64,000 nucleotides of DNA from Callorhinchus milii (Eukaryota), in the NCBI RefSeq assembly GCF_018977255.1, contig NW_024704742.1, positions 32,056,001 through 32,120,000 on the forward strand, written 5' to 3'. Every line of letters begins with the position of its first letter. The first letter of the stretch is position 1. The notes beneath the pieces were generated by a model, which saw nothing but the letters and a program-made list of their open reading frames with translations, was not told the DNA's origin and did no database searches. Shown here piece after piece: positions 1 through 14,377 of this stretch. Position numbers and translations under genes: made by a program.

Positions 1-54
1 ACGAAGCCTGGTGCGGGACAGTACACGAGCTGCAGAGTTCTGAATGACCTGCAA

Positions 55-870
55 CTTGAGACAGCAGTAACTAAGGTGAATCGGACTATTGATTACATTG
101 CCAATTCAATTGATTTCCGATCAACTGAAAACGAGCTTGATAGGCTATGCACATGAGCCAATAAAAGGCAAATAGAGTTAAATGCTGATAAACATGCAAC
201 ATGTCAGATCCAAGAAAAGAAAACACAAATTGGATGGGATTAAAGTTCCCAAGGGGGAGGCTGAAAGAGATCTAGGAGTGTTAGTTGACCCGTTACTCAT
301 TGCTGACAATGTCAAAACAATGTGAGAAAGCAATAAACAAGGCAAACAGTATGCTGGGCTATATTACGAAATCAGTTGGGTGTAGATCTCCAGACATCAG
401 TCTCAGGCTGTACAGTGCTCTGGTCAGACTGGATCTTGAATACAGCATTCAGTTCTGGTCACTGTAACATAAGGGGGATGTCCAGACCCTAGAGACGGTG
501 TAGAACAACAAGGATGAATCCCAGTATTAGAGGAATGATCTATGAGTAACGACTAGACAGGCTAAACTTTAAATGGGATTGAAAAATAAACCCAGATTAT
601 TATTTTAGGATGTATCATGACAGCAGAACAGTAGGACATAGAGTTGTAATCAGACATGAAAGGATAATTTTAGGACAGATATGAGGAAGGGTTCCTTTAC
701 ACAGAGACTGGAACAGGTTGCCAGGAAAGGTGGTAGAGGCCAGGACACTGGACTAATTTGAAAAGCAGCTTGGTGCAGTTAAGGGGATGGTTGAGTGGGT
801 GGTCTGGAGGGATGAGATCAGATGGGCTAAAGGGCCTTCTTCATCCACATCAATCTTGTGATCTTGTGAC
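55..870 (+). mobile_element. CR1 LINE 3' fragment, decayed
   Basis: ORF 285..467 (KAINKANSMLGYITKSV...LYSALVR.DLEYSIQFWS) is a CR1 ORF2 C-terminal motif; ends in short repeat (atcttgtg)2. Confidence 0.85.
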
Positions 871-1964
871 ATATGCATGTACCGTGTATAAGTGAACCAT
901 ACCCAAAGTATCGCGTATAGTTCTGACTGCTACATTGAATCTCACCAATTTCCAGGATTGACATTTTGAAACACCTTTCTGCTTTTCAAAGTAATATTGG
1001 TACGCCATTTAATATGCAACCTGCATCCATAGGTGTGCAAAATACAGTATGTTAATTAATACTTGTGTTAATTAATGCATTATATCTCATTTTAAGCACC
1101 TATGTCTCCAGTGGGAAAGATGCAAATTCTTCTGTTTAAGAAATTTGTACATTGTAAAATAGCTTGTGATTCTTGGAAGTAGCCTGATCAGTCTTGGGTC
1201 TTCCTCCTTCAAATCTAGTTGAAGATCGAATGAATTCTTATCCATGTCAGCCACTATTACTAACCAGGAAACCTCCAGAGAATATTGATTACAAATAGAG
1301 AACTGCTCGCTCAACAAACCAACCGAGCCAGTGAATTTGAAATTGCTGTCTGATGTATTGATTGCAAATCAAAAAGCGTTAACTAAAGCATAGCTGGAGT
1401 CTTAATACTCCAGGATCCTATTGATCCTATTACAATCAGTTGATTGCAAGCAAGCCTTGAATTGACACTGACTACAATAGAGAGAAATATGAGATAGAAA
1501 GATAAAGTTAACAGTGTGGATCACATGATAAATAGTTAAGCATCCATTATAGGGTGTGGGTGAAGTTCAATGCCTTTCCTTCCCCTCATCCCAAACATTG
1601 TATCCGGAGCAGGTGGGGAAAGAGCAAAAAAAAGAGCAGTTTTTCCCCCTAGAATTGAAAAGTATGGAGTAAAAATTGTGACACTCAACGTGATAATTAT
1701 TAGTAGTTATCACCACCCGAATGATCGAAACCTAAACGACTTCTAAATGTCATTTGAGATAGTGGGTGTTTCAGTGTGCTCCAGGGATATCTACTGTCAG
1801 TCTAATTTTTCATACAGAGAGCTGGAGGCACTGGAACACAATTTGTCTTGGTTTCTCAAGCTACTCTGTTTTGTGATGAATCCAGCACCAAAGGTTCAGA
1901 AACAGTTTGCCAGTTACTGGGTAAGGAAGACAGAGACAGATAAAGTGCACACTGCAGATTGGAG

Positions 1965-2452
1965 CAATAATAAATTGGTCATTTCAATGCACTACTGTTT
2001 GTGGGACTCTGCTGTGCGCAATTGGCTACCGCGTTTCGCCCACAAAAATACAGTCAATTCACTTTACAGTCTATTCTTTGAGACGTTGAGAAGATGTGAA
2101 ACGCGCTATATCAAATGCAAGGATTATATTATTATTATTTATTGATTCCGAGCCAGGTCGAAACCTCAGGCAAATTTCCGTACTCCACACGCCTGTTTAC
2201 CTAGCAGTAAGTAGAAACTCGGTTGTTAGTCGATTGGTGGAACACTGACTGCCGGCTATAATCCCTTTTTAAAAATTGGTCACACAATCCACGACTGTTT
2301 GTGAGACACTGCTGTACGCAATTGGGTGCTGCATTTTGCCCACAAAATATACAATTAATTCACTTTATAGTCTTTTCTGTGAACATTTTGAGGCGTTTCA
2401 AGGTTGTGAGAAGGTGCTATGTGAAATGCAAGGATGATTATTATTATTATTA
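1965..2452 (+). mobile_element. Two tandem 5'-truncated copies of the tRNA-derived SINE
   Basis: Family body and tail (aaatgcaaggattattatt) end near 2140 and again near 2450. Confidence 0.85.
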
Positions 2453-5400
2453 CTGCTAGGTGATTGTCTGTCACAAATCTGTTCATGAGATGCAGTGGAA
2501 TCAGATACAAGACAAATAGTATATTTATAAAATACACTTTTTTGCTTGTCAATTTTCTGCAAAAAACATTTCCTTTTGATTCTATTTATTTTGCAAAAGA
2601 CACTTGTACAGACAATATTGGATGCTTGTTCAAGGCTGTCTGACAGATAACACCAAGTGCAGAAAACACAACATAACTCAGCCTGGTGCTTTAATGCCTT
2701 TAATGCTTTAAATATTACCCAATATTATATATTATAATGGATTATAATTTCTTAGGTTTCGTTCAAAAGAGCTGGGTGCACCAGGGTGCACCTTTCAGCA
2801 CTGCATATCTCTTCTACTGATACAGAAGGATATTCAGCTCAACACGCATACACCGTATGCAATCCGCTCTCTAATGGACTCCAACCAGCCTATCTAATCC
2901 TCTGAGGAAAGATTCTGCAAAATATAACAATCATTAGTACAGCAGGGGTCCAACATTTTTTTTTGCGTTAAAACAACCATTATCTTAAAATTTACGATTG
3001 GGCAGAGGTTTGAAAAGAAATTTAATTTATACCAAATAAAAAATCGCTAGCCTCAGCTTTTTAAAAAAAGGCGTCCACCACATCCTAGAAAGGAAAAGAA
3101 TCACTTACCTGGAGGGGTGTGCTGCCACCCAATGTGTTAGATAAGGAACGATTTATCCACTGTTGTCCTTTTTGAAGGAAGATTAAATAATGTGCCCTGT
3201 TTGTATGGTAATGGTTCTGTTCAGGACTCTCGTGGATATTGGTATAAGAATATTTGAGCAAGTGTGACTTTGGGGACAATGAGTGGTACTGTATTTACAA
3301 ATGTAGTTTCAAACAATAATGGTGTACTTCCTGTGGTCGGTTGGCCAATAAAAGAAACGATTCTTGATTTATGGCATAAATCTATGCTATTTTGTTAATT
3401 TCTATCATTATCTTGTCGGACAACCAAAACAGGTTGGCCACCGCTGTTGTACACATGGCATTGATCATTTGTCATTTGATATTGTAATATTATCCTACAA
3501 TGCAAGGTCACTGCACTTTACAGAAAAAAACTTTGGAAGGACTTTGAGATGTTTTGATATGATAAGGCTGTATGATACTGTACTAGAAGTCCATTTAATT
3601 CAGCAAACAGTTTTCTTCATGGAACAAGACTTGCATTTGATATACTGTCTTATCACGGCCTCGAGACATCTCACAAGATTTATTGTGAAATGTAGTGACT
3701 GGCTATTTTGGAGGCCAATGCACCAGCCAATTTGTGCACAGTAATGTCCCACAAACAGATTCTTGCTTCCCAGCTTTGTATTTTCGCACAGGTGCTAAGG
3801 ATTGCACTTGCCGATTCCATTATATTACAGGTTTGCTTTTATTTATAGATTTTGTAAGACAGACATATATATTATAATAATGCTTGTGTTTGATACAGTG
3901 TCTGCTCTTGTTATCAAAATTGTTCAAAGAGTTTAATGGGTTTTACTGCAAAGTGTAGTGACTGTTCATTTGGAGGCAGACACAGCAGCCAACTTGCGCT
4001 CAAAGATGAGCTTAACATCTAGATGTAGGGTTGAACTCACAGCCTCCTGACTTGGAGCCAAGAGAACTAGCTAGTGAGCCAGGCTGACACCTCAGCCTGA
4101 TATACTAAACATCTAAAAAGATGTTAGATCTAAAACATTTTAAACATTTAAAAGCAAATGAAGAATGCAAATTTAACTCATCACTTGGCAAATTGATTGA
4201 TTGCCCAGTAATACACAAATGAGACACTATTTTAATAGTTCATGCACACATCTGTAAGCAGAATGTAAGGTTGTTTCACATCAGAGAACATTTACCTGGT
4301 ATAAAATTTGTGTGGAACCCATTTTTAGGATGGGATTTGGATGCTGGTCTGTCAGGCATGGTTGAATTTGGAATTTATTAACTATTGTGACAGGAAACAG
4401 ATATTCACATCAATAGATTTTTCTTTGGGCAGAAATGTCAAAAAATGGGATTCTTGCATTAGATGAGCACAAGATAAATATTCACAGTATCTCTCTCCTT
4501 TCTCGGTTTGTTCTTCAGAGTGAAATTGCACTCCAATCCGATCAGCTCTACCTGGGTAGCTCCCGGCGCTTTTTAATGTGTGCATTGATCGGAGGAGTTA
4601 GTACTTCAAAATCAAGATGGCTTACTTGGAAATCAGCAGAGGAAAAAATTTTGATCAGCAGAGGAAAATAATTTGCAAACCCCTTTGCATAATGCTGCAA
4701 CTGCAAGGCAGCATTGCAGATTTGGAAATAGGTCAGACGGTGTTCATGGTGTTTCATTGCAAAGACCCATAAACACTCAGTAAGCTCTGCTATTACCTAG
4801 TCATATGTTTTTGCTGCTACTTATTTAAGTGCTATTAAGCTCGACCAGAATAACCAGGACACAATGCTACTGTCGATCAGAAAACTCCTTTAAATCCTTT
4901 AAAAGGATCGAAATATGATAATGAGGTTTAAAATGCAAATTCCTTGCCAGGAACACGGACATCTAAAAGGTACCTCACACTAGGAAAAACTCCTTGATCC
5001 TATATAAAATATGCCTTATTCAAGGAACCCTATGTTCTTCACGTCGACCCAAGAGAACATGCCTCTGAGTTCAGGCTGTCTCAAAACAGAGCTATCGCAG
5101 GTCAACATGACTTATGTTCCCTGCACAAGATGTCCTGAGATATATTTTCCTTCACAAGGCCTTCATTTACACTGTGAGTTCCTGTCAACCTCAGGGCATC
5201 TTGTAATTACATAGAATATACTGCAATGAAAGAGGCCATTCAACCCATTAACTTCACATAATAATAATAATCCTTGCTTTTGATATCGCGTCTTATCACG
5301 TCTTCAAGACGTCTCAAAGCATGTCACAGAATGTAATGTAAAGTGAATTGTGGGCAAAAATATGAGCTTCCACTCCTCCTAAACTGAGTGCTCCAAGACT

Positions 5401-5879
5401 TTACCCTGATTGAAGGGTGCCATATAAATGCAAGTTGTTCTTGTAGTTGTTGCAGATCCCTCTCATGAGCCCCTTTCAGTACCGCAATAATAATTATTCC
5501 TTCAAAAAAAAATTGGTCACTCCATCCACGGCTATTTGTGAGACAATCCTGTGTGCAATTCGCTTCCAGATTTCACCCACAAAAATATACAGTCAATTCA
5601 CTTTACAGTATATTCTGTGAAGCTCTTTGAGACATCTAGAAGACGTGATAAGGTGCTGTATCAAATGCAAGGATTGTTATTATTATTATTACCTTCTGTG
5701 TAAACAAATTACTCCTAAACTCTTTTAGATCCGTCAATGGCTATCTGATATTTACATCCTTGTGTTTTGGACTCACCAACAAGAGCAAACGGCTTATTTA
5801 TGTTATATTGTTGCCTTATTTCATATGTTTATATATCTCTATCAAAGCCATGTACTATATCTAGATTTGTTTCTTTGAC

Positions 5880-6850
5880 AAACTACCTCACGAAAGGTTC
5901 CTTTACAAACTGTGGTCACCAAGGCAAGACGATGGCAAGACATGGGCATGGATTCAGAAATGGCTGAAACGAAGGAAGCAGAAGGTCTTTGTTAGGGGAG
6001 CTGGGTCAAAGTGGGGAGAGGTGCTAAGCTTGGTACCCTCTACTGGGATCCCTCCTGTTCCTCCTATATATTAATACCCTGGATTCGCAGACCCAGTGTA
6101 AAATAATTACATTTGCAAATAACACCAAGTTGGAGGAAACTGTGGAAACACATGTCCTTCAAACAACAACACAACAAATTATATGTGTATAGCACCTTTC
6201 ACGTCGGAAGGACATCCCAAAGTACTGGAAAGTCAAGGATTTGCCCCTGAGCTGGGGGTTGGGATCAAGAGGGGTGGAGGGCAGGAATGGTGGAGGTTGG
6301 AGGGTGATGGAAAGTGTAGTCGAAGAGGAAGGTTTTAAGAGGGGCCTTGAAGGTGACAAGGAAGGGGACAAGATGAAGGGACTGTAGGATGGATTTCCAA
6401 AAGGTGAGGGCAGAAAGACTGAAGGCCTCACCACTGCTGTTGGGAAGGGCAGGGAGGGGGACATGGAGCAGACCAGATTCCGCCGAGCGGAGAGAAGGGA
6501 CAGAGGTTAGCAGGTCACAGAGGTAGGGAGGCGAGGACAAGGATTTTGAACTCTATCCTCTGGGGGATGGGGAGCCAGTGGAGCCTACAAAGAGAGCTTG
6601 ATATGGTCTGCACACGGACTGATAACTGGCGAATTAAATTTAATACTCATAAATGCAAGGTACTATATTATAGGATCCAAGAATAGGAAACATCAAGTGC
6701 TCCATGGATGGGATTGAAGTTGCCAAGAAGGAAGCTGAAAGAGTTTTAGGGATGTTAGTTGACTCATTGCTCTCCTCATCAAAACAGAATGAGGCAGCAA
6801 TAAACAAGGCAAATGGAATGACGGGCTACATTACTAAATCAGTTGGGCCA
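5880..6850 (+). mobile_element. CR1 RT fragment interrupted by an L2 insertion at 6160-6583
   Basis: Degenerate FADDTKLGG-like segment near 6110-6135; AINKANGMTGYITKSV in ORF 6704..6895. Confidence 0.8.
6160..6583 (-). mobile_element. L2 LINE 3' end
   Basis: ORF 6265..6540 (LRSAESGLLHVP...AFSLSALTFWKS...FKAPLKTFLF) plus (ttg)n tail. Confidence 0.85.
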
Positions 6851-8997
6851 AGAGTCTGTTTTCTCTTTCATACTTTTTATGATCTTATAACATGAAAGAA
6901 ACTTAATTGGTTATGGATGATTAAATGAGAGCTAAACTGAGGCCCTAAAGAATTAATGTTGACCTACTTTCTTGAAATGTTGTAAGTACTTAATAGCATT
7001 TTCTCTCAGCATGTCATTTTTAATGCTGATAGTGGCAGTCAATTTTCTTAAAGAAAAAAATGAGGCAAAATTTGCAAATAGACAGATTTACAAATCGCAA
7101 CTTAATTAGAATTTTACATCTTCTTAACCTACTGTGGAGCCGTCTTTTTTTTGTTGGTGGGAGGTTGGGATGGTTGGCTGTATGTATTAATCAAACTTGT
7201 CCAGCTCAGTCTATCCTAGTCGTCCTTCAGTTTCTATGGACAATTGTGTGTTTATGGTCTGGCTACAAATTGACTTCTTTTTATTAGCAAATGTTTCTTA
7301 ATGACCAAGTAAGACAAAGGCAAGTGATTGCACAGCGCTCTATGCATTAATCTATATATTAATGCTTTTGTTTAAGTTTACAGTATGTAATGTGCAATAT
7401 GAACCATTGCTATAGTTTACAGTAAACGTTATCCATTTTTCCTTCCTTGTTAGAAACTAAGTGGCTCCCTGAAAGATCTGCTCCAGAGAATGAAGAGATA
7501 ACAGTTTCATTGTTGCCTGGGTACTTGTGTCATCTGGAATTACATCAAATGATTTGCTGACATTTCCTCCTGCTACTGATGAGAATTCGTGCCCTTTTTG
7601 GATTTGGAAGTCCTAAGGTTTGAGCATTCAAAACGAAGACTGAAGTCTTGTTTTTTTTCTCCCATTGCTACAACATGGTGAGATTCGTGCATCCAGATTA
7701 GACTCTGTGCCAGGATTTCTTAGCATCACTGATATAAAGCACCACAGGAGTCAGTTAGTGGCATGGCTTCTACCACTTTGTCAGTCTGACACGGCAATGT
7801 TAATCCTTCCCACAGGACAATGACGACTGATCACCTTCTCTTACCCTTGTGTGATCCTACTCAAGGCGTGCTGCTCTCCTGTTGTGAGATGTTGACCATA
7901 ATCTCAGACATGAAAGAACACTCTTACAGACTGCAGTGCCCTAGGAGGTTTGAATGCCTGAGTTTGGATGTGTGTACAGTTCTCTGCCAATGAGAGACAG
8001 GTCAGAAAACCTCTATCAATGTTATAATACACCGCATTTGAAGAACACCCAACCAATGGTATATTTTCCCTTCATAATTTCATTTGATATAATGTTTAGT
8101 GTGGGTGCACCGGACAATTTCCTCCACAGGCCTGCAGTGAAAATGAATAATCTGAGTTTTTACTGCTATTTGAACAGAACTCTGGCTGTGATTTAATGTG
8201 CGGAGTTGAAGCATTGACTGTTACTGCAAGTGATGACTGGAATTCCGAAATGAATAGAGAATGAATCTCCTAATGCTCAGTGCTGCCGTTAATGTCACAA
8301 TGACTTGGGCTGTGTGCTCTCCGAAACAAAAAAATATTCTGCACATCTGATAGATTCTATACGCTAATCTAGCCCTAACGTTATACGAGTGACGATTTAA
8401 CACACAGAAAACATGTAGCACTCTCCATTTCTTTCAATGTGATTCCTCTTTGCTATAGTTTCTTATGCTGTAAGCAAGACAGTACCGTTGAAGTGTAGCC
8501 AGAGATCATTGATACCGCATTGTAGGAATGTATTACCATGGAATTGGTGACATGGCTTCTTGGTTGAGATCAGCTCGCTGTTGACAGACCAGGGATCAAA
8601 TCTGAGGTGCTCTCATCTTAATCTAATATGGCACTGGGGTGGGGTGGGTGAGGTGGGGGTGAACAAGTTGAGGTAGAAATTAATGAAAGCATCATGGGAG
8701 AAGGGGCAAGGAGTAAACTCCAGGGATATTATGGGGAAAAGGCATGTAAATGGAATTGAAACAATTGCTCTCTTTAAAAGAGCCAGTGCAGAGTCATAGG
8801 GCTAAAATGCCTTCCTCTGTGCTGTAGATTTCTATGGTTCTTAAGTGTAGCTCAGTTATGCAATGGACAGTGATTGTACCAATTGAACATTAGGAGAGTT
8901 GCTTTCACTAATTTATATTCAGGATTTCGCAAATCTCTAAAAAGGTTCCTATTTTATTGTTGTCATGTTTTTGATGACAGCCTGATACTTGACTAAG

Positions 8998-9318
8998 GGA
9001 GATCTGTAGCTCAGTGGTTAGAGCACTCGCCTTGCAAGTGAGACACCTGCATTCAATTCCAGACAGGGCGAAACCTTGGGCAAGTTTCCTTACTCCACAT
9101 GCCTAATAATAATCCCTCCAAAAAACAAAACAGTAATAAAATTAGTCATCTTCAATCCACGACTGTTTGTGGGACACTGCTGTGCGCAATTGGCTGCCGC
9201 ATTTCGCCCACAAATATATAGTCAATTCACTTTACAACATATTCTGTGAAGCGCTTTGAGACATCTCGAAAACGTGAAAAGCGCTACATCAAATGCAAGG
9301 ATTATTATTATATTATTA
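8998..9318 (+). mobile_element. Full-length tRNA(Ala-like)-derived SINE
   Basis: A box tagctcagtgg, B-box-like cattcaattcc, family body, (att)n tail. Confidence 0.9.
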
Positions 9319-9734
9319 CTTCAAAATCTGCAAGGGGCTTTTAACACTCAAAGAGTTAAAGGCAAAAATTACCCAGTGGCATATTGACATTTAGCGCAAT
9401 TTTATCTAAGACATGATAGGATTCCGAATGAATAGATAGCTATGCTGACAGTGGAACTAATTAGTCAAGTCCTAATCTTATGTAAACTTGTTTCAATCAA
9501 TAGAAGTAACTAATTGAACAGCTACGGCACTTTTTTGTTTGTTCAAACAAATGTTCATTGATGGAAATCAATATTTCCTACAAGACTGGAAGCCAATTCA
9601 GTTCTGACTCCAAATTGACATTGGAGTTTTAGATGAGAGCCTTCACATTGCGGCTTCACAAACGTGACTGCGGCTGTTGCAGGTGTCTAAACAAATTTAC
9701 CCCCAAAATTGTCTGCTTATTTAATTCCAGAAAG

Positions 9735-10122
9735 TAATAACAAACCTATCTTGTATTTGATATAGGGCCTTATACATCTTCGAGACGTCTCAAAGCGCTT
9801 TACAGAATATATTGTAAAGTGAATTGACTTGTATATTTTGTGAGCAAAATGCGGCAGCCAATTACACACAGCAGTGTCCTACAAACAGTCATGGACTGAG
9901 TGACCAAATGAATTTTTTTAAATTTTCTTTATTGTTGAAAGAATTTTTACCCCAAGAAAACCCATCCACGAATCGACTAACAACTAGGTTCCTACATATT
10001 GCTAGGTAAACAGAGGTGTGTGGAGTAAAGAAACTTGCTTAATATTCTGCCCTGCCCAGGAATCGAACGCAGGTCCTCTCGCTTGCAAGACTGATGCTTT
10101 AACCACTAAGCTAAAGGACTCC
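9735..10122 (-). mobile_element. Full-length tRNA-derived SINE
   Basis: 5' end ggagtcc at 10122; same family. Confidence 0.9.
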
Positions 10123-11638
10123 AAGTTGTACCAATTGAACCATTAGGAGAGTTGCTTTCACTAATTTATATTCAGGATAACACTCCATAAAGTATTAGAT
10201 AATGGTTGGCGAGAACCCAGGCTTGTGGACCCCAGATTGATACTGTTGGAGATTAACCAGCTAAAAAAGCATAGTTTGCCATTGAGAGCACTATCTTTTC
10301 ACTGCTTGTCAATCTAGGGACAATCTAAACATTAGGGCTTTGGTTTGTAGGGTTAACAGGAGTTGTGGGAAGAATTCCAAATCCAGTCTGCCTCTCCAAA
10401 CCCCTGCCGACAAACCAGGTTGGCTGGATCAGCAGTTAAATTATCAGTAGTGACTTGAAATAATGCAGACTTACCAGGCTCAAATGACCAAGACTTCCAG
10501 AGATTGACTTAAACCCAGTTCCTGGGGGTAAAAGAGTCACACGAAACACAACAGGAAGGTGCTTATTTCCAAAACACTGATAAAGTGAGGCACATTGAGT
10601 CAACTCTAGTACTTGTCCAGCTTTGCCTTCAAGATTGCGTGGATAACTGAGGGGGAAGGAATTATCTCCACAGTTGCTGACCCAGGCGTATCTATATTTA
10701 CAGCTCCCTGTTATCAACATTGCATGTTCAGAAATCTATTAGTTTGTTTGACTGGTTGCCAAGGTCAAATTACAGATTTTTAAATCCGGATTTTATGGAA
10801 AAATGACCTTTCAGTATTTATCAATTCCATTATTAACACAATCATTACCACTGAAAATGACAGATTTAAAATGACAGATGAGTAAATATTCACATCTTAC
10901 AGCACAGTCTAGGACCTTTGGTGCTGAAGGTGGATTGGGTGGGGCTGGAGCTGAGTCTGAGAACTATTCAGTAAGAAGATTTAGAACATTATTAGAGATC
11001 TTTTTACTTTCACATTAAAGCATACGCTGCACACATTACAAGTACTGTAACACCTGATGCCTTGACTATGCTTTTGGTCACCTTCCCCCCAAACCCAGTT
11101 TGGGTCACCACCTGTGAGGTACTTTGAGATGTCCTCACAGCATGAAAGACTATATAAATGTAACTTGTTGTTATCGTTGTATTAAGGATTTAACCTTGTA
11201 CCAATAAAGCAAATTGAAAGCCACTGTTACATGTATCTTACTCAGTAGCTAAAGGGTCAAAGCTCATTGTGTGGGGTATGTAATCACCAAAGTTGAAGAC
11301 AGAAGGAAAAAGGATGAGATAACTCAAGTTGTGGTTAAGTGACAGCAAATTTAAAATAATGCAGATTTTTGGAGTTGGAGAATAGAAGCATGGAAATGGG
11401 AAGATGATGGTGGGTATTCCAGAGTACACATCTGCCAGTTCTATTGATCAAATAGGCTGAAGCCCACCTCTGCCTCTCTTCGGAAATTTCAGCACGGAGA
11501 GAGGTCATCAACCTTAAGATAATGCTATCTCCTCCAATTGCCTAACTAATCCAATCTCACTGATGGAGATTACCGTATACAAAATATCAGTTCAAGTAAG
11601 AGCCAAGTGATAAATCAAATTCAAGGATTATTTTCTTA

Positions 11639-12008
11639 TAATAGTAATCCTTGTTTTTGGTATAGCCGCTTATCACGTCTTCGAGACATCTCAAAGCACT
11701 TCAAGAATATACTGTAAAGTGATTTGACTGTTTATTTCATGGGCAAAACGTGGTAGTCAATTCCGCACAGCAGTGTCCCACAATCAGTCGTGGATTGAGT
11801 GATTAAAATTTTTAAAAATATTTTAAGCGATTATTATCCCCAGAAAAGCGATCTTCCCATCTACTAACAACCGAGTTCCTATTTACTGCCAGGTAAACAG
11901 AGGTGTGTGGAGTAAGGAAACTAGCCCAATGTTTCGCCCTGCCCGGGAATCGAACCCAGGTCCTCTCGTTGCGAGGCGAGTTCTGTAACTACTAATCTAC
12001 AGGACTCC
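11639..12008 (-). mobile_element. Full-length tRNA-derived SINE
   Basis: B box ggttcgattcc; same family. Confidence 0.9.
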
Positions 12009-12262
12009 AACTGATAAATTGATTACAATGCAACAGTGAGGAGAAAGTCTGTATATAGCAGCACATCTGAAGGTTAGAAAGTTCTGAGGAACAATGATAT
12101 AGATAAAATGAAAATAATCAAATTTGTGTCAGAGAGTTTGGAGGTTAGAAGTGAGATCACAACAGACATTTGTATCCTGCGCAGGACTAAGATGTTAAAA
12201 GAGCTTCATGAGACTATAATCAAGTCTCAGATGGGTTTAGATTTTATATGACCATCTCTCGT

Positions 12263-12860
12263 AATAATAATAATAATCTTTGCATTTGATCTAGCAGTTT
12301 CCACATCAGGAGGACATCTCAAAGCATTTTGCAGGTTTTACCATGAAGTGGAGTAACTGTGTATTTTGTAGGCGAATGTGCCAGCCAACTTACACACCAG
12401 TGTCCCATAAAAGTCATGAAGTAAATGACCATTTTTATCTGGGGAAGATTTGGCCAAGAGAAACTTTGTTCGATTTTCAAATAGCACAGCAGTACCCCAA
12501 CACATGCTCTGGGGTCCCCCCAGCCTTGGCTCTTGCCCACCAGAGCCTAATACTTTCTGGAATTAGATATGCAGGATACATCCTTCCAGAGAGAGAGTGC
12601 TCATTCCATTCCAACAATCTCTCTCTGGAATTTCCATGTGTAGGTGGGAATGCATGAAATTCTCAGAGTTTGGATACTCTTAATGATGGGTTTCCACATG
12701 TGTTTGTTGTGGCTGATCAAAACAAAATCATCTCATCCAAAGGATAGCACGTCTGACAATGCAACACTCCCCCCAGCACTGCAATGGAGCGTCAGCTGAG
12801 TCAATGCAAGTTCAAATTCCTGACATTGGTGCTTGAATCCACAATCTTCTGACCAGAGCT
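12263..12860 (-). mobile_element. Deu-domain SINE, decayed and interrupted
   Basis: Family tail at 12263; catctcatccaaaggatagcac...gcttgaatccacaatcttctgac near 12730-12855. Confidence 0.6.
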
Positions 12861-14377
12861 AACACCTTTCTTACACAACATCTTGCACTTTGTGACAATG
12901 CCTGTCACAAAGAATGAAAGCTTCCCAATCTTAAAATACATTAAAATAATGTAATAAAATACAGAGTCAATCCACCTTACAGTATTTCCTGTGAAGTGCT
13001 TTGTGACGTCTCAACGACATGATATATCAAATGCAAAGATTATTATTATGATTAAGAATTGGATGGTTTAGCATTCTGGAAGGGCCTTCTTCATCAGAAA
13101 CTTTCTTATAGCTTTGGGAAAGTTAAGAGCTACTGAAAGGGGAACAAGTTGATCTAAGAAAAAAAAGTGAGCTTCGGAGAGGGATCTTAAGGTTTGACAT
13201 TTAATTTCAGATCAGAGAATGTTCAATCAGACCAATCTTGCCCTGGAGAAATTACCCACCTCATCTACTTAAAACTATCATTATCACATATACAGGGGTT
13301 GTAAAATGTGATGATTCATAAGTGATTTAATGTGATAATTAATGTTGAATCTGTTATGAAACAGTATTTTTCATCTTATAGTGATATACTAGAATAAATG
13401 GCAGCTAAATTGCATTCAAAATTGTAAATTATAACACATGTGTGTGTTAGGAGCATTAGGTACTTAAAACTATTCTCTTGATAGCATTAATTGCTAAACT
13501 TCGGAAATGCTCACAACCTTAACATCCCACCCCCACACGTGTATTATTTTACAGGTTGTATACTTTTTAATCATTCACCAATTTGGCTGTGCATCTAGAA
13601 GTCTTAATGATTAAGATGCTAAAACCATGATTTTCACAATGACGGCATATACATATAATAAATCAAATATATCATTGCGAAAGCAATAATACACTGTGTG
13701 CACACAGCACAAATTAAGATTGGTCTGAATGACTGATGGATCTAATTTACAGCCGTAATTTTGTTTTATTGTTCAATCAACAATCTATTAGGCAAGACTC
13801 TAGCCACTTTGTAATCTATTGTTTCGAATCGTATGCTACATACAGTACACTACTGTATTTATGTTAAAACCTACATGAAAATAATTGACCCTTAATTACT
13901 ATTAGCTAAAGTTACCTAAACCTAAACTGATGCAATACAATTACTACGACTTGTTTGATATTCACTTACTGAAGTGTGCTCAACATCTCTGAGCTGGGGG
14001 AATTATTCAGAGACATACAGGGCTGTGTTACATCTTCTAAAGTACGCTACTTGGATCACCCTCCTCGAAATAAAGCCTTCGGTGTTATGATCGGGTTGAT
14101 GAGGTAATTGGCTGAAGGGATGATCATTATACATGTCTGAAAGAGCCACCCTCAATCTACGCAGACAGCCCATGAAATGTGGCAGTAATCACTGGTTTCA
14201 AACAGTTGATTTTAATACAGATAATTACAGCTCTCTCTAAAGCAGGCACTGCTTTCCACGTGTGAGATGTTACACTCACATGGTTGCATTCACCCAAGTA
14301 CTCAGCGAGGTTATACATTCAATTTCTTCAATTGGAGTATTTCATCTATCAACATGTGCGTTTCTCTATCTCTGAAT

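Noticed and set aside
1747..2145. Recurrent ORFs ending in CKDYYYY or MQGLLL (also 18297, 24718, 36169 and others)
   Set aside because: Chance translations of the SINE tail, not genes.
8998..9070. tRNA-like sequences here and at about 10050, 11940, 18590, 29500, 36590 and 56640
   Set aside because: They are SINE heads: each runs into the same body and tail, and the acceptor stems do not pair.
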